From Octopus sinensis (Eukaryota), in contig NC_043002.1 in NCBI RefSeq assembly GCF_006345805.1, positions 18,786,001-18,850,000 on the forward strand: DNA of 64,000 nt. Direction: 5' to 3'. A program made the translations under genes and the position numbers. This document shows, one piece after another, positions 24,462-37,831 of the stretch (position 1 is its first letter; every line of letters begins with the position of its first letter). Under the pieces are notes generated by a model that was given only the letters and a program-made list of their open reading frames with translations, was not told the DNA's origin and did no database searches.

Positions 24462-24719
24462 TGCATAAATTCAAGTGGAGAATCATGGAGAAACATAAGT
24501 TATATGATCTAAGAAATGCAACTTATGCGTAGCAAAAATATCTCATATTCTTCTTAGATCCAACAATTCCAATACACTGCTTAATTCCAGCAGGTGTAAA
24601 CACACGGACAGGTTTCTTTTGTCAAATCGAAGACCACCTGCTCCAGATTGGGTTGCTTTCTCGCAGACCTGGAGCTATTTTCTGCTATTTTGTTTAATAC
24701 CAGCTGTATTAGTTGACGA

Positions 24720-25095
24720 TGGAGGCGCAATGGCCCAGTGGTTAGGGCAGCGGACTCGCGGTCGTAGGATCGCGGTTTCGATTCCCCGACCGGGCGTTGT
24801 GAGTGTTTATTGAGCGAAAACACCTAAAGCTCCACGAGGCTCCGGCAGGGATGGTGATGATCCCTGCTGTACTCTTTCACCACAACTTTCTCTCACTCTT
24901 ACTTCCTGTTTCCGTTGTACCTGTATTTCAAAGTGCCGGCCTTGTCACTCTCTGTGTCACGCTGAATATCCCCGAGAACTACGTTAAGGGTACACGTGTC
25001 TGTGGAGTGCTCAGCCACTTACACGTTAATTTCACGAGCAGGCTGTTCCGTTGATCGGATCAACGGGAACCCTCGTCGTCGTAACCGACGGAGTG
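24720..25095 (+). mobile_element. Full-length tRNA-derived SINE (related copy 52770-53090, -)
   Basis: A/B-box tRNA head, body gccttgtcactctctgtgtcacgctgaat...tcgtcgtcgtaaccgacggagt. Confidence 0.8.
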
Positions 25096-25405
25096 CTTCC
25101 ATTCCATTAGTTGACGCTTCTGCAACTAGGGAGGACGGAGATGTTATTTTTCTTCAGGTTGTTTCTTTCTTCCTGTTCCACTATTTGCATCAACTTACTT
25201 CGCTTTTCTTTTTAATTTTTCACGTCTTTTCTTATTCTCTCACTGTCCGGCTTCCTTGTTTTTAAAAAATATATATAACGCATGAACACAACCTGAAAGA
25301 TTATTTGGAGATACGTGGCGTATTTTATGAATATACCTAGTATCATAAGAGTTATGAAACTATTAGTAGTTCTTTCGTTCTGTGTGCTATATATATATTA
25401 TATAT

Positions 25406-25457
<52 letters not shown>

Positions 25458-25474
25458 GTATATATGTATGTATG

Positions 25475-25544
<70 letters not shown>

Positions 25545-25549
25545 TATAT

Positions 25550-26060
25550 ATATACAAATAAGAAAGTGGAGAAATACATCTAAATCAAATATCAATTACC
25601 AGATAATACTCAATCACATACTTTATTAAACCACCACATAAGAGACTGTAGGGTTAAATATAAAAAGCAGAACAAATCAGTGTACATAAAGGAATGTACA
25701 TAAAAGAGTAATGTTGAATAATAAGTAGAATATATGTAAAAGAGAATATAAATACAAGTATATATATAGTATTATTATATATTATATCTATATATTAGAT
25801 ATATATATATATACTATATATATATATATATATAATAATAATAAATATTAAGGAATGAATCCAAAATTACAGGGAAAATCATCGATTTAGGGTTAAATCC
25901 AATTTATAGTAAATTTATATAATATAATTCGAGACAAAACCACTATTTTAAACCAACAAGGAAAGACTTAATCAATACATAAAATTTTTAATATAAATTA
26001 ATAAACCGCCACTACAAATGTTTCATGTCTGCTCCGACAATCTTCAGGTGGATTTTCGAT
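25550..26060 (-). mobile_element. Penelope-type terminal repeat fragment with hammerhead
   Basis: 25925-26051 is homologous (inverted) to 52229-52350. Confidence 0.55.
26009..26051 (-). ncRNA. Type I hammerhead ribozyme motif, CAWWTG family
   Basis: CCAC-CTGAAGA-TTGTC-ggagca-GACAT-GAAA-CATTTG-TA-GTGG. Confidence 0.7.
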
Positions 26061-26133
26061 CTTCTAATCAGTATCAAATATATATCAGTATATATATATA
26101 TATATATACTCGGTTGTGTATATACATACATAA

Positions 26134-26205
<72 letters not shown>

Positions 26206-26494
26206 TACTCACATTATGTTCATATATATATGCAAGTATGTGTGTGCACGTATGTGTAATGTGATGATAGTTTTTCAGATCTGTAACTATATACTTTGAT
26301 CTTCACTAAACGCAAGTGGACATTGAACTAAGAAGAAAGTGTAGTTTTAAATTGTTAACAATTTAATACTACGCATTATGAGTTTCCCTTAGAGCAAAAT
26401 TACAAACCATATCCTGAAATTAATCTTCATGCTTTACAATTTCGGGAAGCCCGAAATCCCGTAAACTGATGTAACCGTAACCGTATACATATAT

Positions 26495-26818
26495 CCATGC
26501 TTGCTTCTCAACTACATGGTTCCAGATTCAGTCCCACTGCGTGGCACCTTGGGTAAGTGTTATCTACTAAATCTACTCACAAGGCTTTGGTCGGCCCGAG
26601 GGCCGACCAAATCCTTGTGAGTAGATTTGGTAGACAGAAACTGAAAGAAGCATCAAGGATATCCAGAGGTATATCCTCTGGATATACTTGTTGCTTATTT
26701 TGATTTTAATCACCTTACTTAAAAATTGTATGGATAATACAGTACTAAATTCTGGTGTCTCAACTCAAGTACTATATTCATCTGAATCTATCTATCTATC
26801 TATCTAACTATCTATCTA

Positions 26819-26881
<63 letters not shown>

Positions 26882-26892
26882 CTATCTATCTA

Positions 26893-26954
<62 letters not shown>

Positions 26955-27195
26955 ATATATATTTATATATGTACATATATGTGTGTGTATGTGTGTGTGA
27001 ATATATGTTTGTCTCTCCGCTATCGCTGACAACCGATGTTGGTGTGTTTATGTCCCCGTAAGTCAGCGGTTCGACAAAAGAGACTGATAGAATATGTACT
27101 ATGCTTACAAATAATAAGTCCTGGGGCCGATTTGTTTGACTAAAGGCGATGCACTAGCATGGTCGCAGACAAATAACTGAAACAAATAAAGAAAA
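26495..27195 (+). mobile_element. tRNA-derived SINE interrupted by a Penelope-type fragment (26655-26790) and microsatellites
   Basis: Head catggttccagattcagtcccactgcgtggcaccttggg; body and tail shared with the 1120-1490 family. Confidence 0.75.
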
Positions 27196-27725
27196 AAGAA
27201 TACATATATATATAAACACATAAAACTAACATGAACAGCAGGTTGCATAACATTCTAGACTTATATATATATATATATACTACAAAATTAGAGAATGGAG
27301 AAACATACTTAAATCAATAAAACATCAACTATCCGATGATACCCAATCAATACTTTAATACACCATTACATATGAGTAGTGTAATGGTCTTTGGTAGGGA
27401 TAGGTACATCCTTCATTGATGAATTGATCAGTATTTTCTCCATTCTTCTAGCAGTAATGATCAAAGGAACAAATATACTACACTAGGGTGTATTCACATG
27501 CACTATTAATATTTAAATCAATAAATGGATGCTTCTATTACACCAGTATGAGCAATTCAGGTTCCTCAAAAGATAAATTTAGGTTATAAAATGAGATAGG
27601 GGTTGAAAATTCAACCCACCATGGGATAATATATATCCAATATACTGCCAGATAGGTACCCAACAAGATTAATACATAGATGTTAAAAATTGTCAAACAA
27701 TCAGTTCATCTATTGTATTATATGG

Positions 27726-27771
<46 letters not shown>

Positions 27772-27789
27772 TATATATTTATATATTTA

Positions 27790-29345
27790 TACCATCATCA
27801 TCATCATTTAACGTCCGTTTTCCACGCTAGCATGGCTTGGACGGTTCGACCGGGGTCTGGTAAGCCATGGAGGCTGCACCAGGCTCCAGTCTGATTTGGC
27901 AGTGTTTCTACAGCTGGATGCCCTTCCTAACGCCAACCAATCCGTGAGTGTAGTGGGTGTTTTTTACGTGCCACCGGCAGAGGAGCCAACGCAGGCTGGC
28001 AAACGGCCACGATCGGTTGGTGCTTTTACATGTCACCGACATGGACACCAGTCAGGCGACGCTAGTAACTGTCACGCTCGAACGGTGCTTTTACGTGTCA
28101 CCAGCACTGGTGTCTTAACTTCAATTACTATTCGGAATTTTTGATGTTGACGAACTTGACTCAACAGCTCTCCTCAAGAACAGCGAGTCACTCTACGATC
28201 TAAGGTTAGCACAGCAGGCCGTCCTGTGAGCCATGAACTCACTTCATTTGTCGGGTCTTCGAAGTGACAGCATATCTCCAGAGGTCTCGGTCTTTCATCA
28301 TAGCCTCTGTGAGGCTCAAAGTACGAAGGTCATGCTTCACCACCTCGTCCTGGGTCTACCTCTACCCCGGATTCCTTCAACAGTTTGGGAGTGGCACTTC
28401 TTCACACATCTCTCCTCGTCCATCCTTAGTACATGACTGTACTAACGCAATCGTCTCTCCTGCACGCTGCATCCAATGCTTCTTATGTCCAACATTTCTC
28501 TCAGGGTGCTTACACTCTGTCGTGTATGCACACTAACATTATACATCCAGCAGATCATGCTAGCTTCATTTCTTTTGAGCCTACGCATGTCCTCCACAGT
28601 CACAGCCCGCGTTTCACTGCCATGAAGCATGGCAGTTCGCACACATGCATCGTACAACACACCTTTCAGTCTGAGCGACAGACCCTTTGTCGCCAGTAGT
28701 GGAAGAGGCTTCCTAAACTTTGCCCAAGCTATTCTTATTCTAGTGGTAACGCTCTCTGAGCATCCACCCCTGCTACTAACTTGGTCACCTAGGTAGCAGA
28801 AACTATCAACTAGTTCTAGTTCCTCCCCAAGGAGTGTAATGAAATCTGTTTTCTGAGTATCAATGGTGTCAATTGCCCCTGTGCATCTGCCGCACACGAA
28901 AGCTATCTTCCAGGTTAATTTTCCTTTGATATTACAGCACCTCTTATGTGTCCATAGCTTACACTAGGTACATCTTATGGAGTTTCTACCTACACCTTTT
29001 CTACAGATCGAGCAGGCCACCTACCTGAAGGTGTATGTGGTGAGTTTGCCTTCCTACTTACTAGAACTTTGGTCTTTGCTACATTGACTCTCAGGCCTTT
29101 TGATTCTAAACCTAGCTTCCACACACGAAATTTCTTCTCTAGTTCCGGTAGCTATTCTGCTACAAGGGCTAGGTCATCAGCATAGAGGAGCTCCCAGGGA
29201 CAACCCGTCTTAAATTCCTCTGTTATTGCCTGGAGGACTATGATGAATAGAAGGGGCTGAGGGCTGAGCCTTTTTGGATGCCAACTTCTACTCTGAATTC
29301 TTCACTGTACTCATTGCCAATTCTAACCTTACTACTAGCCTCTCT
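27790..29345 (-). mobile_element. 5'-truncated RTE-clade LINE
   Basis: PWELLYADDL, VDSFCYLGD...RIRIAWAKF, YDACVRTAMLHGSET; (GAT)n tail at 27790. Confidence 0.88.
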
Positions 29346-29486
29346 GTAAAGAGCTTGTACAGCCCTTATTAACCATTCGACTTGTACAGCCCTTATTAAC
29401 CATTCGAGCCCTTATTAACCATTCGTGGGGCCCTTATTAACCATTCAAGCCCTATCAAAATAAGCAACAAGGATATCTAAAGGTAA

Positions 29487-29574
29487 TACAGTACGATCGT
29501 TTCATGCAACTTCATTTAATTAAACAATGCGAGTATTACATCAGTTTTAAAATGTAGAGCAATCTTCAGTTGCA
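29487..29574 (-). ncRNA. Hammerhead-like motif, CGATCG family (long helix II)
   Basis: TGCAA-CTGAAGA-TTGCTCT...GTTGCAT-GAAA-CGATCG-TA-CTGTA. Confidence 0.5.
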
Positions 29575-29649
29575 TATAAGTATAGAATTTTAGTTAAATT
29601 GAAAAGATTCATTTTCATACTTATTCCATTAGCAACTTCACAAAGAGGG

Positions 29650-31380
29650 TAAGTAAATAGACAGAGAAACCAGTTTCATTAACAGAAACATGGTAGTAAT
29701 TAATATTTATTCATGGAGACACTGCTTATCACTGATTTTATTTTGCTATTTAGATTTACTATTGGGGGAGGGGATTTAATATTATTCTATTAAGTCTAAT
29801 GGAGACAACAACAAGAAGCTATCTTTTATAGATAGAGGAAGGAACAGTTTAAGTGGCAGAGACATAAATCAGGTTCTCTTTGAAGAAATTCATTTGGTTC
29901 AGTTGAATGTATTTCAGCTAAAATTAGTAGGCCAAAACTGATGGGGTAGGGAAGATAGAAACTTCTAATACTTAACTATTTAACAGCCATAACCCTACTT
30001 GTGATTTCAAATAAATAGGTATATTTTCGATAGTTTTTTTCAAAGAATTCGAATAATTTTTGTATCTTATACAATATGGATGGAGAATATAGAAATAATT
30101 TCATATTTATATAAATATAAATCAAATTTGTATAAGTTTATAATTAATTAGTAAATAGTAATTTATTGGTATTAATGAGTTAAATTAAAGGAATATGCTA
30201 AACATTACATATATTTTCTGCATGTTAATGACATTCAAATGTATTTACTTGTATTATAAAATAGATATTGAATTATAACAGTATGGTTCTGTATAGGTTA
30301 AGTGTGAACCCAATAGAAATGTATTATCAGCAAGATAATATAGTGAGTAAATGAGTAAGATAAAATGGTTTAAAATGTTAGTGAAGGAAATTTAAATCAG
30401 TAAATTGAAAAATAAATTTTTTTTAGAATATAGTAGATAAGGGGTAGACTAGATTTGCATTCTAAAAACTTATTGTGGGATATACCTAGCTTATTTATAA
30501 TAGGTGAGATAAGCTCCTATAAGAAAATACTTAATAATTACATTATATTTTTATAATTACTAAACTAAAATTAATATTTATTTATCATGGAAGTTGTTGT
30601 GTAAGGTTAGTGTTTAATATCGGGTGAAGAAATGATCAAACTATTGGTTAAAAATGATATTAATAATAAGACTATTATAGAAATAGAGATATTATTATCT
30701 ATTCATTATCAGGTTTTGAATATTAATTAAGGGGATTTAGAAGAACTTTTTATGAGAATACTCTTAGTAAATAAGGTTTTAATTGACAAACGTATCAAAA
30801 ACTTTAAATTATAATGGAAGGGAGGCAACTAGGCTAGTTAGCTGTAATATTTATTAAAAAAAAAAAAGAAAGAAATTAGGTGTAGTAGAATTCTTGCAGA
30901 AGTAGATATGGAAATTACCATTTCCTTAAAACTTTTTGTGGATTAAGTATACAACTTAATAAATTAGATATATGGAATTTATGTAATAGTTATAGAAATT
31001 TAGAAAGATTTTATTCAACTTTATTTAATTTATTTATGTTACTAAATTTCTTAATAACTAATGTTGATTAAATAAAAACTAGTAGGGTGTATTATTTCCT
31101 TATTTGACTTCAAAGCATTTAGATTAAAAAATTTAGGAATAACTAGAATGTTATTCTTTAAAATATTTAAAGGTACAGGTAGTACAGTGTATGCAAGATA
31201 CTCCAAGACCAAAATGGTTATTTAATAAGTTTACATTATCTCTATGTTTCAAAATTTCATATATCTCCATAGAACAAAGTTCACATCCATCGCTTGAAAT
31301 AATATCTATGTTATTTAGTCTCTATTTCTATAATAGTCTTATTATTAATGTAATTTTTAACCAAGAGTTTGATCATTTCT
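29650..31380 (-). mobile_element. Highly decayed LINE RT remnant
   Basis: Only faint motifs (SL..LP..KVF; YLADNT resembling YADDT) in AT-rich DNA. Confidence 0.3.
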
Positions 31381-31394
31381 TCACCTGATGTCAA

Positions 31395-32845
31395 AAACTA
31401 TAGGCCTATCTCTCTGACTTCACACATCAGCAAAGTCATGGAACGGATAGTCAGAGGGAAACTAATCGCATTCCTTGAAAAAATAACTTGCTAAGTGATA
31501 CCCAACATGGTTTTCGACCAGGTAGGAGCTGCCTGACCCATCTCTTACAACATCATGACTGGGTGTTGAGGCAGTTACTCAACAAATCAAATGTGGATGT
31601 AATATACCTTGATTTTGCAAAAGCTTTTGACAAGGTGGGTCATGGTATGATATGCCACAAACTGTGTGACCTCGGCATAGCTGGAAAACTTGGAGTGCGG
31701 TTACATGACTTTCTGAAAGATAGGAGTCAGGCAGTAGTGGCTAATGGAGCCACATCTATGAACAAACAAATAGTGAGCAGTGTTCCACAGGGCACTGTCT
31801 TGGGACCACTGCTTTTTATTATGGCCCTCTCAGATATGCCCTCAAATGTCCGGATAGCCACTCTGGCAAGCTATGCAGATGATACGAAAGTCTCACAGAA
31901 AATACAGAACCCCAGCGATGCTGCACACCTGCACCAGGAGTTGGACTCAATTTACAGATGGGCTGAGGATAATAATATACAGTTTAATGCTGAAAAATTC
32001 CAGGCCCTGCGCTACCAGCATCCAAAACTGAATATTAAACCTACAGGGTACACCGGTCCACAGGGAATTTCAATCCCAGAGCCTAAGTCAGTGAGGGACT
32101 TGGGTATCGACATGAGTGATGATACCTCTTTTCAAGTGCACATTACCAGGATGGCGACAAAGTGCAGACAATTGGCTGGCTGGATCCTAAGAACATTCAG
32201 AACCAGAGATAAGGAAACCATGATGGTCCTCTGGCAGACATTCTTCCTCAGCTGCCTGGATTACTGCTCACAGCTATGGTCACCCACCAGTGTAAAATTA
32301 ACAGCGGACCTTCAAGCAATCCAGAGAAGATTCACAAAGAAGATCGTCTCTTTGCAACAGCTCAGCTACTGGGAAAGATTGAAACAGCTAAGACTCTACT
32401 CCCTGGAGAGAAGACGGGAGAGGTATGCAGTAATATATATCTGGAAGATCCTGGAAGGAATTGTGCCAAATTTTGACATTGAAAGCTACACCAATGCCAG
32501 AACGGGACGACACTGCATGGTGCCAAAGATCTCAGCAATGCCATCACGCTTCAGGACCTGTTACTGCAACAGCCTGGGTTTCAAGGACCCAGAGCTTTTT
32601 ATATTCTCCCAAAGAGTCTGAGGAACTTGCACAAAGTAGATGTAGGGGTTTTTTAATCAAAGATGGACCTCTTCCTGTCGAGAGTCCCAGATGAGCGTGC
32701 CTCACGGCAAGAGGTGCAAATGAGAGTGGCTATATCAAACTCCATTCTTCATCAAGTGCCACATATTAGAGGAGGTTCCTAGTAATAACAGTGTAGCGTA
32801 AAACGGCGGTGCATTAGCATGGACGCAGCTCTGAGCTGAAACTTG
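31395..32845 (+). mobile_element. 5'-truncated CR1-group LINE (same family as 18258-20602)
   Basis: 377-aa RT ORF 31488-32621 ([27 protein letters not shown]); same 3' UTR. Confidence 0.92.
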
Positions 32846-32900
32846 AAAAAAATGCATACATACATATACACATACATACATACATACATACATACATACA

Positions 32901-32933
<33 letters not shown>

Positions 32934-33019
32934 GTACATACACTCAAATATACGTTTAAATCGTTGATTTCATTTAACTTGTTCAGTGATTGAGCCTGAT
33001 TTTTTTAACGTGACGAATC

Positions 33020-33061
<42 letters not shown>

Positions 33062-33789
33062 GGAGAGGGAGAAAGAGAGAGAGAGAGAGAAATGGAGAGA
33101 GTGGTAGTATGTTGACTATCTGAGCTTATGTATACCACTGCATATTAATTTATTAAACCCTCTCATTTTCTTTGCTTCCATTCGGGGTTTTATCAGCTGT
33201 ACATATGAATGTGTGTGATTGTGTATACATATACATGTTTCTGTGTATTTACATACATGTATGTATATGCAGCGTCCAAAACAGATGACCCGGAAGTTGT
33301 TGCTCTTCCATTACTTTCGCAAACAGCAGTAACTTGCTTCAGCTGAATACACGTCATTGACTGGTTAAAAATATAACTTTAACACGAAATAACTTCTAAA
33401 ATACAAACTTTTGTGAAAAACGTTAAGAGTAGACCGTGTTCTACGGGACACATTCAACCAGTATAAGAAATGTCAAACTGTTTAGTTAAAAGAAAAAATT
33501 GTAGAACAAATGTGCGAAGGAGAGGTGACGAAGAATGGCTCTTTTAATACATCGCACGGTCGATTACAATAAATTCGAAAAGGATGAGTACAAGTGTTAG
33601 AAGGAAAAGAGAGACACAACCCGTAGAATGTTAAGAGAAAGGTTTTATTTATGTGTTAACATGTGTGTCTGTGTCTGCTTCATATACGCATAATAATAAT
33701 AACAATAGACTGGCCGTCATGTATACATTATGTCTGAGTACAAACATGGATGTATATGTGTGTGATAAGTATAGAGCATTGAAAGAGTC

Positions 33790-34790
33790 TATAATATGAC
33801 GTTAGAAAAATGTTCGGACACAAGGATGATAAATACCAGTTCGTAGTTGAAGTGCTGTATCAAGAAATTGTGGCTACAATGCAGAACCGATTGAGGCACA
33901 TGTCGTGCGGGAAGCTGTGGCTACTATGCAGAGCCGATTACTTGATACAGGAGATCTCGCAGGTTGTACTTGCTGTTAACCATGGTGAAGTAATTCACAA
34001 ACAGCGAGGATAAATCATTTGCGAGTGTTGCTGGTTGCTGTGTACGTAGAGAGATGTTGTTGACGAAGTTAAGATGAAAGCGACGGAGATGGAGGTCCTG
34101 AATGCCGCTGGACGAAGTTGAATCTCCATGTGGCTGCTGTGGGTGGTCGCTGGAACTGGCTGTGTGCTCTGTTAGACCTTAGTGGTTAGACCTTAGAAGG
34201 TCTAGAACCGAAAGACGAAAGACGATCTGAAGCTAGCATTTTATAGTATATAACCTCTTCTGGGGTTTAGAAGAGACTGTCTCACGTGACCTTATCAGAA
34301 GGCTGCGATTGGTTGGGTTGCATATTGGCGCGTAATAGAGCAAGAGACAAATTGCCAATACCAACCAAATTGCCAATACCAACAGGGTGCAAAAGAGCGG
34401 CCGAAGGCTAGCTGTTATCTACTACATCCGTACTCATGTATATATAACAGAGAAAGAGAGAGAGAGAGAATTTTACTAAGTGAACGCTACAGATAGCCCC
34501 ACACCAGTCATTTTGTAGAAGACAAAAGACGCGATACACAGGAGACATATCTGTAGCGAAGAGGTGAAATTAGAAAGAGCGGTTGGTCATAAAAGTGAAA
34601 GGAAGCTGGCACTGGGTCACCAATTTGTAGACGTCCGTGTGAACGTAGGGCTGGTTGCGTGTTCGCATCACGTCGGGGTCAGCAATTTGTAGAACCTGAG
34701 CGAGCGTTGCTGGTTGCTGTGTATGTAGAGAGATGTTGTTGACGATGTTAAGATGTAGGCGACGGAGATGGAGGTCGTGAATGCTGCTAT
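33790..34790 (-). mobile_element. Non-autonomous LTR element (U5 remnant, tRNA-Trp PBS, about 195-bp internal region, about 700-bp 3' LTR)
   Basis: U5 direct repeat 34020-34110 vs 34700-34790; LTR ends TGTAG...CTACA; CCAAT and TATAAAA in U3; no ORF. Confidence 0.65.
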
Positions 34791-34829
34791 ATCTATACAT
34801 ATAACAGTATGTACACGGTATCTATACAC

Positions 34830-35900
34830 ATAACAGGCATTCATTTATTAGAATGTGTAGGCGGATATCCCGTAGATGATTTTTAAATCTGTTGGCAAGA
34901 CGACAGTGACACTGACCAACATATAAAGAGCACCTTTGAAGCAGCAATAGATTACGTTAGAAGATATAAAAAGGAAAGTGTTCTGGATGTGAATAGTGTG
35001 TTGGTTGGTTCCAGTAAGGGAGGTGATGCTGATATGGAACAGACCAGTGTAGCCACGGAGTTTGGACCAAAGAAAGGAACTTGGACGGGTGGGAGTAGTG
35101 GAGGGGAGAGAACAACCGGCCAGAAAGTCGCATAGGTAACAGGCGCATTTGAAGGAAGGGGAAGGTGGGTTGGTGAAGACAGAGAGCTGGTAAGATCGGA
35201 TTGGAGACAACGGAAAGCCCATATGGACTTTCCGACGAAGGGGTAGTGCGAAGGGGTGGATAAAAAGGGGAAAAGAATGTAGTTGTGAGACTAGTGTTTG
35301 GAAGGAGAAGTAGCTGAGGCGGGTCGAGTGGACGTCTGCCAGCGACGGGTGAACAAATAGGCCAAATATTGAAACCGAGTTTCAAAATATTTGTCGTGGC
35401 TGCACATGCAACAAATACGGAAGAATTGGGAGTCAGGGACCCCGGGTGATATGGCAGGTTGATAGTAGGGGTCAGTTGGTTTGAAGAAGGCGGAAGTGAT
35501 AAGAGAGTGGGTGAGGTAATCAATAGAGAGATTTTCAGAAAGTTGACAGAAGTGTCAGCGATGACATAGGTGACCTCAAGGTAAGGATGAAAGGTAGAAA
35601 CGAAAGATATGAAGTTATTGAGTTGTTCACGGATGTTAAAGTTAGCCCCAGTAAGTCGTCTATGTACCGATCGTATAGCTCTGGGATCGATCCAGAGAAC
35701 ATTTGAACCTCGACGTAAACCAACAGATAAGTTGGCGAAGTTGGGGCCCATTCTCGTTCCCGTGGCGACTCCAGATAACTACTGGTAAAATCTCGCTCGC
35801 GAACGGGAAACAGTTAAGGAGAGCGAGTTCAGCGAAACGGAGAGCTGTAGATTTGCTGGGTGTGAGGACGGTGCGACGGTTCGTCCTATTACAATAATTT
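34830..35900 (-). mobile_element. Penelope-like element, RT + GIY-YIG remnant
   Basis: MGPNFANL, RYIDD, FISFVSTFHP...VNFL, then SSNVIYC; frameshifted. Confidence 0.8.
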
Positions 35901-36099
35901 GGAATTATTTTAAGATGACAAGCATCACGGAACTACAATTATACAAGCAACATACATTGCATAGCAATATATATAAAATTTATACTTAAAATAACAAGGA
36001 TGGATAATTACAGTTCAGTACAATGTATGTTTCAGAAGTGAGGTATCCATCAATTATATACGTATTATATAATGATATAAAACCATTTCCCTCCATACC

Positions 36100-36600
36100 A
36101 GAGAAAATGTTTTCACTTTGTTACAATGCAAATGGCAGAGGTTAAAATATAAAAAGCCAATCGTATGACATGACAGATTTTGATTACTGGGATCGATTTG
36201 AGAAACGCATTCTTTCTTTCTTCCCATGTCGCCATGAGCTCTATATAATTTGTATGATGTGGAAAATGTTCCAACAACATTTCCCAAATGATGTTGGCAT
36301 CAACTTTAAAATTCACTCAAGGTTTGGTCCCCGTGTCGTCCGTCCGCTACAAAAGTCATTCTCGCGTCACATCACAACACTAAGTCAGAACTATTTCACC
36401 TCAACTATCTCTGCTCTCTTTAACACCATGCCAAGACAAACAAGAGAAGAAAAGAACTCATAACATCCAAACAGTCCCTGGGCGAATATCTTCAACAAAT
36501 TTCAGACAAACCACCTACACCCGGGTATATCTCTGCAAATAATTATTATTTACACCAATGTGCTATGGTGTTCAAAGAATGGCTGTTGCATGAAATATTA
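36100..36600 (+). mobile_element. CR1-group LINE 3' end remnant
   Basis: WKMFQQHFPN...ALFNTMP...LQQISDKP parallels the C-terminus of the 18258 LINE. Confidence 0.6.
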
Positions 36601-36669
36601 TTAAATGTCTTTCCATGCGATGTTATTAAATTAGACATGACCTGGGCCAATTCTGGCTGAAACTTGTCT

Positions 36670-36703
<34 letters not shown>

Positions 36704-36716
36704 ATCTATCTATCTA

Positions 36717-36800
<84 letters not shown>

Positions 36801-37012
36801 GATATAGGATAAAATTTTTTTCGGAAAAAAAATTTTATCAATGGCCAGCATATCAAAAAATGCCTTTAAAGGTAAAATTTATACGTAATTTACAAGATAA
36901 GGGAAGAAGAAAAATTCTAATGCCAGATACGCCGAAACAAAAAAATTGTCGATAATCATTAAATTTATGTGTCTCGAAACAAACCGATAGAAATCTCTAA
37001 ACAATTCGTTAT

Positions 37013-37071
37013 TACCGTATTGGTCCAATTTCGGGGTTAATTCACAAGAATTTTTCCCCTCTTCAGCGGCA
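37013..37071 (-). ncRNA. Type I hammerhead ribozyme (intact)
   Basis: TGCCG-CTGAAGA-GGGG-loop-CCCC-GAAA-TTG-gac-CAA-TA-CGGTA. Confidence 0.8.
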
Positions 37072-37187
37072 CATACGCTGTTCTATTTTTCTATTTGGAT
37101 ATATTTGGGGTACTTAAGTCTGCTCGGGACTTGGTGCTTGCTTCTTCCGTGGGTATGAATAAGTATTTCATTTATATCTTGCGTATG

Positions 37188-37246
37188 TCCCGCTGAAGAG
37201 GAGAAAATTTCTTGTGAATTAACCCCGAAATTGGACCAATACGGTA
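37188..37246 (+). ncRNA. Type I hammerhead ribozyme (mismatches in helices I and II)
   Basis: TCCCG-CTGAAGA-GGAG...CCCC-GAAA-TTGgacCAA-TA-CGGTA; cleavage predicted after 37241. Confidence 0.7.
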
Positions 37247-37652
37247 ATAACGAATTTTTTAGAGATTTCTATCGTTTGTTTCGAGACGCATAAATTTAAT
37301 GGTTATCGACAATTTTTTTTGTTTCGGCGTATCTGGCATTAGAATTTTTCTTCTGCCCTTATCTTGTGAATTATGTATAAATTTTACCTTTAAAGGCATT
37401 TTTTGATATGCTGGCCATTGATAAAATTTTTTTCCCGAAAAATTTTTTATCCTATATCAATTATAAATAGATTAGTGTTTCACTTCCGGATTCTATCACT
37501 CTGTGAAAGTTTCTAGTTCGAATCACACGTGTCTCGAGCTGCGCCAAAGATTTTTCTGTTTGGATATATTTAGGGTACTTAAATCTGCTCGGGACTTGGT
37601 GCTTGTTTCTTCCGTGGGTATGAATAAGTATTTCATTTACATCTCGCGTATG

Positions 37653-37711
37653 TGCCGCTGAAGAGGGGAAATTTTCTTGTGAATTAACCCCGAAATTGAA
37701 CCAATACAGTA
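37653..37711 (+). ncRNA. Type I hammerhead ribozyme (one helix I mismatch)
   Basis: TGCCG-CTGAAGA-GGGG...CCCC-GAAA-TTGaacCAA-TA-CAGTA; cleavage predicted after 37706. Confidence 0.7.
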
Positions 37712-37831
37712 ATAACGAATTTTTTAGAGATTTCTATCGGCTTGTTTCAAGACGCATAAATTTAATGGTTATCGACAATTTTTTGTTTCGGCGTATCTGG
37801 CATTAGAATTTTTCTTCTGCCCTTATCTTGT

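Noticed and set aside
24720-24795. tRNA gene
   Set aside because: No acceptor stem; it continues into a SINE body shared with other copies.
29354-29453. CRISPR-like repeat array
   Set aside because: Eukaryotic context, no unique spacers of regular length, no cas genes.
31488-32621. 377-aa ORF as a host gene
   Set aside because: It is the reverse transcriptase of a truncated LINE.
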